The translations under genes and the position numbers were made by a program. A stretch of DNA of 64,000 nt from Acidimicrobiia bacterium (GTDB lineage: Bacteria > Actinomycetota > Acidimicrobiia > Acidimicrobiales > JANYDT01): NCBI GenBank assembly GCA_031383405.1, contig JANMZO010000480.1:2829-66828 (forward strand). The letters are read 5' to 3'. Below the pieces are notes generated by a model. It was not told where the DNA came from. It made no database searches and saw only the letters and a program-made list of their open reading frames with translations. Position 1 is the first letter of the stretch, and the number at the start of each line of letters is the position of its first letter. Positions 58,866-64,000 of the stretch are shown one piece after another.

Positions 58866-59990
58866 TCAGTTCGTGTGGAGGACGTCGTTCAGCCCGGTCC
58901 ACTTGGCCGAACCGCTCGGGAGCGCTTCAAGTGCACCGGTTTGGCCATGGCGGCGGAACAACATGTTGTCGGCGCCGCTCAGGTACTTGGCCTTCACCAC
59001 TTCGCCGTCTGGCAGCTTTACCAAAGAACCGGCCGTGATGTAACACCCCGCTTCGACGATGCAGTTGTCACCCAGCGAGATACCAATCCCCGCATTGGCA
59101 CCGAGGAGACAGTTCTTGCCGACCCGCACCACTTCCTTGCCGCCACCCGACAGAGTCCCCATGATCGACGCACCACCGCCGATGTCGCTGTGGTCATCGA
59201 CGACCACGCCCTGGCTGATCCGGCCCTCGACCATTGACACACCGAGCGTGCCACCGTTGAAATTGCAGTATCCCTCATGCATGACGGTCGTGCCTTCAGC
59301 CAAATGGGCGCCAAGGCGGACACGCGTTGCGTCAGCGATACGCACACCCGAGGGGACGACGTAGTCGGCCATAGCCGGGAATTTGTCGATGCCATGCACC
59401 CGCACCTCGTGGCCGGCCGAACGCAGCTTTGCCCGGACCAGATCGAAACCTTCGGGATCAAACGGACCGAGGTTGGTCCAGACAACGTTGTTCAGGTGCC
59501 CGAAAATACCTTCGAGTGAGATGCCGTTGGGTTGCACCTTTCGATGTGACAGCAGGTGCAGACGAAGGTACACATCCGACACGGACATAGGCGGATCAGT
59601 AAGTGCGCCTATGAATACCACCACAGCCATGCGGGTGCCTCCGAGCGGGGTGGGCAACGCGAGAAGATCGCGGGCGGCCTGTGTCGCCTCGATATTGGGG
59701 TGCGACCTGCCGTCGCCGTCGAAGGCTTTGAACTGAGCGAGCGCGGCGTCGAGGGCCGCCAAATCGGCTTCGTACGTGGACGTACCGTTCGAATGGCCGA
59801 CCACGGAGGCCAGCACGGCCGCCGCTCCGTAGTTTTCAGACAGGTTGACGACGGGGAAGGCGGTGTCGAGCACCTTGCCCGACGGCGCCACGACGGCAAC
59901 TCCGACCGCGTAGGCGAGTGGACGCGCGTACCCTTCGGTTCCTTCGACGGAGGCGACATGGGCGTTGAATGATTCGATCGTGGCGGACAC
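58866..59990 (-). CDS. dapD: Tetrahydrodipicolinate N-succinyltransferase (actinobacterial/Pseudomonas type)
   Basis: YLRLHLLSHR, DKFP, RVRLGAHL, EGRISQGV, GTLSGGG. Confidence 0.93.
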   Translation of the reverse strand: MSATIESFNAHVASVEGTEGYARPLAYAVGVAVVAPSGKVLDTAFPVVNLSENYGAAAVLASVVGHSNGTSTYEADLAALDAALAQFKAFDGDGRSHPNIEATQAARDLLALPTPLGGTRMAVVVFIGALTDPPMSVSDVYLRLHLLSHRKVQPNGISLEGIFGHLNNVVWTNLGPFDPEGFDLVRAKLRSAGHEVRVHGIDKFPAMADYVVPSGVRIADATRVRLGAHLAEGTTVMHEGYCNFNGGTLGVSMVEGRISQGVVVDDHSDIGGGASIMGTLSGGGKEVVRVGKNCLLGANAGIGISLGDNCIVEAGCYITAGSLVKLPDGEVVKAKYLSGADNMLFRRHGQTGALEALPSGSAKWTGLNDVLHTN

Positions 59991-60113
59991 GGCGGACACG
60001 TTAGTAAAACCCGCCGCCGATCGGGCCACCTTTGGCCGATTCCTGGCCCGGCCTCGAGTTTTGTGGGTCGGCACGCCCCGACCAGAACGACAGGTGCCAC
60101 CAGAGTTCTTAGC

Positions 60114-61049
60114 TTAGTCCGACTCAGGTTTCGGGGAAGCGGGTGGCACCACTCCCGTTCGTTTCGGGCGTAGGTAGATGAACCAGTAAACGAGTCCGAC
60201 CATCCCACCCCCGCCGATGACGTTCCCGATCGTGACAGGAAGCAGATTCGAGACCAAAAAGTGTCCCCACCCGATAGACGGGTAATCCGTGGGCTGCGAG
60301 TGAACGGCACCCCAGAAACCTGGCGTGGCCCACCGTTTCACAAAGATGCCGAGCGGGAGAAAGTACATGTTGGCGATGCTGTGCTCGAAGCCGGCCGCGA
60401 CAAATGCCGTGATCGGCCCGACAATGGCAACGATTTTGTCGGTGACAGTCCTCGCAGCGAGACACAACCAGACGGCGAGACACACGAGAACATTGGCCAA
60501 GATCCCAAGCACCAGTGCCTCGATGAACCCAAGACTCGATTTGGTCTGCGCTGTATCGAGCGCCCGACGGCCCACGACTCCCGTTCCACTTCGGTATTGA
60601 CCGGACCAGAACACCAGGAGAGCAGTGAAGACTGCCCCAAAAAAGTTGGCGACATACACCAGTACCCAGTTCCGAACCAGCGCGGTGAACGTAATCCGGC
60701 GGCTGGCAAATGCCATGACGATGAGGTTGTTACCGGTGAACAACTCGGCGCCGCCAACGACGACGAGCACGAGACCCAGCGAGAACACGAGTCCACCGAG
60801 TAGGCGCGATACGCCGAAGGGCAGATCACCACCGGCCGTCACCACCGTCGAGAGCATGGCGCCAATAGAGACGAATACGCCGGCCAATACCCCCAGGGCG
60901 ATCGTCGAGGGTGCGCTGAGACCGGCCTTGGCGACTCCGATCGTCTCGGCCCGGTGCGCCATTTCACGGGGCATCGGTGCGTCGAGCCACCCCGTGTGCA
61001 CACCGCCGAGGGATCCATCAGCGGACGTAGGGTCTGGGATATCGGGCAT
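60114..61049 (-). CDS. Formate/nitrite transporter (FNT, FocA-like)
   Basis: GAELFTGN, NFFG, LANVLVCLAVW, GFEHSIANM, GNVIGG. Confidence 0.92.
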   Translation of the reverse strand: MPDIPDPTSADGSLGGVHTGWLDAPMPREMAHRAETIGVAKAGLSAPSTIALGVLAGVFVSIGAMLSTVVTAGGDLPFGVSRLLGGLVFSLGLVLVVVGGAELFTGNNLIVMAFASRRITFTALVRNWVLVYVANFFGAVFTALLVFWSGQYRSGTGVVGRRALDTAQTKSSLGFIEALVLGILANVLVCLAVWLCLAARTVTDKIVAIVGPITAFVAAGFEHSIANMYFLPLGIFVKRWATPGFWGAVHSQPTDYPSIGWGHFLVSNLLPVTIGNVIGGGGMVGLVYWFIYLRPKRTGVVPPASPKPESD

Positions 61050-61203
61050 CAGTGCCTACTTTCTCGGTCTCGTACGCGGTGATTTCGGACCAGACGCTCC
61101 GAGGGAACAGGTCGGTTGCCGCGTCGATGATCCGCTGGTGATCGGCTGCCCATGGTCACGCGTGAGCGGCCTTTCGGCAAGTCGCTCATCGCTGTCGCGT
61201 GAC

Positions 61204-61950
61204 TCACCGGTCGACGATGGATTGCACACATGCGACCAGACCATCCAGAGTATGCGGATCGGCGGTGGCGAAGACCATTACCCCGAGCCCCTCCAGGGTC
61301 TTCGTGGTCTGGGGTCCAATACTGACCACCCGGGGAGGAAGTCTCTCGATGCCGAATGCCTTGACCATCGAACGAGCCGCCGAAGATGAAGCGCACAGAA
61401 CAACGTCTGCTGTCGATGCGAGCGCCGCTTCTGGAGCGGTTGGTGTGCGATCTACCGTGCGATACGCGACAGCGACATCGACCGACCAACCCTTCGACTT
61501 CAAACCGTCGGAAATGACATCGCGGGCCTTCTCGGCCCTCGGGAGAAGGACGCGACGAACGGGCCCCGGCACCGCATCGGGAAATACCGCGACCAGACCT
61601 TCGCCGATCGACCGTTCGGGCACCAGAGCCACCGCAAATCCCAGGTCTCGACAAACCGCAGCCGTTCCGGGGCCGATTGCGGCCAGCCGAACCGGCGCGT
61701 TCACCGCAAGCAGCGAAAGTGAGCGGAGTGCGGCGTTGGGCGATGTCAGGACCACCCAGTCATACGGCGAATCCGCTCTTGCGACCACGGCCATGGCGGC
61801 TCGGAGTTGCGCCCCATCGTCGGCCGGCTCGACGACCTCGATAAGCGGAACCTCGACAACCTCGCAACCGATGACCTGAAGTCGGGCCACGAGATCCCCG
61901 GCCTGTTCCGCGGCTCGGGTGACGAGCACCCGCAACGGAGCAGTGCTCAC
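61204..61950 (-). CDS. hemD: Uroporphyrinogen-III synthase
   Basis: VLVTRA, LTSPNA, AIGPGT, AYRT, SSSA, SIGPQT; follows hemC. Confidence 0.88.
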   Translation of the reverse strand: MSTAPLRVLVTRAAEQAGDLVARLQVIGCEVVEVPLIEVVEPADDGAQLRAAMAVVARADSPYDWVVLTSPNAALRSLSLLAVNAPVRLAAIGPGTAAVCRDLGFAVALVPERSIGEGLVAVFPDAVPGPVRRVLLPRAEKARDVISDGLKSKGWSVDVAVAYRTVDRTPTAPEAALASTADVVLCASSSAARSMVKAFGIERLPPRVVSIGPQTTKTLEGLGVMVFATADPHTLDGLVACVQSIVDR

Positions 61951-62882
61951 TGCTTCCTGAGAAGGTCGCCGCCGCCCTGTCGCAAGATCTCGGCCGCCAC
62001 GAAGCGGCCAAGAGCAACCGGGTCAAACCCACTCGAATCGAAGCGAATCACCTTCCTCCCATCTGGTGACGCCACCAACGCGTCGAGTGAGAACTCCGTT
62101 GGACCGTCACCGGTCTCGAGCCCGATAGCCTCGTAGGGCACCGCCAGCCCCGCAACCGGAAGATCACAGCCGCTACCCAACTCGGACAGAAAGGCCCGCT
62201 CGGCGGTGAGCGCAGCGTGCGAATCGGAGTCGTTGATGAGCCGAAGTGCTTCAATTACCCGGTCGTCGTCGGAGCGACACTCGATGGCGATCGCCCCCTG
62301 GCCAACCATCGGAAGCATCCGGTGCGGGCTCAGCACTTCGGCAATATGGTCGGTCAGTTGTAATCGCTGGAGCGACGCCATCGCCATCACGATGGCGTCG
62401 AATCCCTTCGCCTTCTCGAGTCGGGTGTTGATGTTGCCTCGTAGCTCGGAAAACACCAGGTCGGGCCGCACGGCGGAAAGAAGCGCCCGCCGCCGCACGG
62501 ATCCGGTCGCCACGGAGCCTCCCTGGGGAATGTGGGCCAGCGCTTTGCCGACGAGCACATCACGCACGTCTCCTCGCTCAGGTACGGCGACGATCGTGAG
62601 ACCGGGGGTGGGTCCCGACGGAAGGTCCTTTGCGGAGTGCACCGCAAAATCGGCCCGGCCCTCCAGCACGGCGGCCTGCACTTCCTTCACGAAGACACCC
62701 TGACCGCCGAGCAGATGCAGCGGCGTACCGATTGCCTGCGTGCGGTCGCCGAGCGTATCGACGTAGACCAGTTCACTCTGCGATTCCGGCAGCGCCTTCG
62801 AGAGAAGTTGACCGACATGCATTGTCTGCCATTTCGCGAGCGGGCTGGACCTCGTCGCGGCCCGGAACAGGCCGGGGTTCAC
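61947..62882 (-). CDS. hemC: Hydroxymethylbilane synthase
   Basis: TRSSPLAKWQ, GVFVKE, AVHSAKDLP, RGNINTRL, GQGA, GCDLP. Confidence 0.96.
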   Translation of the reverse strand: MNPGLFRAATRSSPLAKWQTMHVGQLLSKALPESQSELVYVDTLGDRTQAIGTPLHLLGGQGVFVKEVQAAVLEGRADFAVHSAKDLPSGPTPGLTIVAVPERGDVRDVLVGKALAHIPQGGSVATGSVRRRALLSAVRPDLVFSELRGNINTRLEKAKGFDAIVMAMASLQRLQLTDHIAEVLSPHRMLPMVGQGAIAIECRSDDDRVIEALRLINDSDSHAALTAERAFLSELGSGCDLPVAGLAVPYEAIGLETGDGPTEFSLDALVASPDGRKVIRFDSSGFDPVALGRFVAAEILRQGGGDLLRKQ

Positions 62883-64000
62883 GATTCGTCGAGTTGAAAC
62901 AGCGCACGGAGGGCATCGGCCATGCGGTTGCCGCGCACCGTACCTGCATGTTCCTTCAGCCGAACCGTCGGTTCATGGAGAAGCTTGGCTACCAACTGCT
63001 TGCTGAGCGCTTCGACAGCTTCGTGCTGTTCCGGTGTGAGATCAGCCAACCTCGACTCGAACCGGGCAAATTGGTCAGTACGCATATGTTCGGCCTTGGA
63101 GCGAAGGCTTGTTATGAGCGGCGCAACGAGACGGGCGGAAGCCCCGGCACTGAAGCGTTCACATTCCTCGGCAACGATGACCTGCACAGCTTCAATCTCA
63201 CGTCGGCGCGAGTCAAGACCACGTTCGACAAACTCCCGGATCGACTCAAGGTCGAGCAGCGTGACGCCCGGAACCGTTGAAGCTGTTGGGTCGACGTCGC
63301 GGGGCATGGCCGTGTCGACGATCAGAAGGTTGCGTCCCTCCCGCGATGCCATGACCAGTTCGACGTCGTCACGTTCGAGAACAACAGTCTCAGATGACGT
63401 AGCCGTGAGAAGCACGTCGACATCCATAAGGGCAGTAGGAAGCTCATGCAGCGCAACCGCCTTGCCTCCGACCTGCTGGGCGAGTTGCGCGGCCTTCAGA
63501 CGGGTGCGGTTCGCCACCAGCACTTCACCGACACCGGCCCGTTGCAACGCGTTGACCATGCTCACACCGATCTCGCCCGTGCCGAGAACAAGGACTTTAC
63601 GGCCGACCAGGCTCCCCATCCGATCAGCAGCGAGTTCGACAGCGGCTTGCGACACCGAAGCCGTTCCCCGCGCAATTCCGGTTTCGGTCCGAGCCCGCTT
63701 CCCCGTTTCCAAGGCATGACGGAACAGCGAAGACAGGTGAGGCCCGGTGACGCCGCCGCTCCTGGCCGATTCGAAGGCGACGCGAACCTGACCGAGAATC
63801 TCCGTCTCGCCGACCACCGCCGAATCGAGACCGGCCGCGACACCGAAGAGGTGGCTCACGGCGGCTTCGTCGTATGCGGTGAACATGTGTTCCGCAAAAT
63901 GGCCCTGACCAAGACCGGACAACTCCGCGAAGAACTGGTTGATATCGGACAGCGCGCCGTGGAACGTCTCACACACCGCGTAGACCTCGGTGCGGTTACA
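62879..64000 (-). CDS. hemA: Glutamyl-tRNA reductase (5' end outside window)
   Basis: CNRTEVY at the window edge, GLDSAVVGETEILGQV, GTGEIG, ANRT, DTAMPRDV. Confidence 0.96.
   Translation of the reverse strand, partial: CNRTEVYAVCETFHGALSDINQFFAELSGLGQGHFAEHMFTAYDEAAVSHLFGVAAGLDSAVVGETEILGQVRVAFESARSGGVTGPHLSSLFRHALETGKRARTETGIARGTASVSQAAVELAADRMGSLVGRKVLVLGTGEIGVSMVNALQRAGVGEVLVANRTRLKAAQLAQQVGGKAVALHELPTALMDVDVLLTATSSETVVLERDDVELVMASREGRNLLIVDTAMPRDVDPTASTVPGVTLLDLESIREFVERGLDSRRREIEAVQVIVAEECERFSAGASARLVAPLITSLRSKAEHMRTDQFARFESRLADLTPEQHEAVEALSKQLVAKLLHEPTVRLKEHAGTVRGNRMADALRALFQLDES

Overview
High-GC actinobacterial chromosomal segment; gene content and order suggest Acidimicrobiia (inference). 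Left part (1-20 kb): leucine and serine biosynthesis (leuB partial, IclR/NdgR-type regulator, leuCD, serA, serC), greA, an aminotransferase and accessory genes (divergent GH15-like protein, orphan LQRxxGNxAV-motif protein, WXG100-like protein, ABC exporter pair, LAXTG-anchored surface protein). Centre (20-54 kb): about 33 kb of co-oriented minus-strand respiratory genes. These are a membrane protein, a 2x[4Fe-4S] ferredoxin, a split b6f-like Rieske/cytochrome b complex, a diheme cytochrome c and another membrane protein, running straight into a complete 14-subunit complex I (nuoA-N) and then a second, 11-subunit complex I without nuoEFG. The second cluster is interrupted by a CHAP peptidoglycan hydrolase gene. 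A Rex-like operator lies upstream of the block, next to a divergent monoheme cytochrome c. Right part (55-64 kb): TetR regulator and the heme pathway (hemA partial, hemC, hemD, hemB, hemL), interrupted by an FNT channel, dapD and msrA. I recognised no rRNA, tRNA, CRISPR array or transposase. Product calls come from motifs read by eye, not database searches, and many start codons were adjusted from the ORF track using RBS or -10 context.
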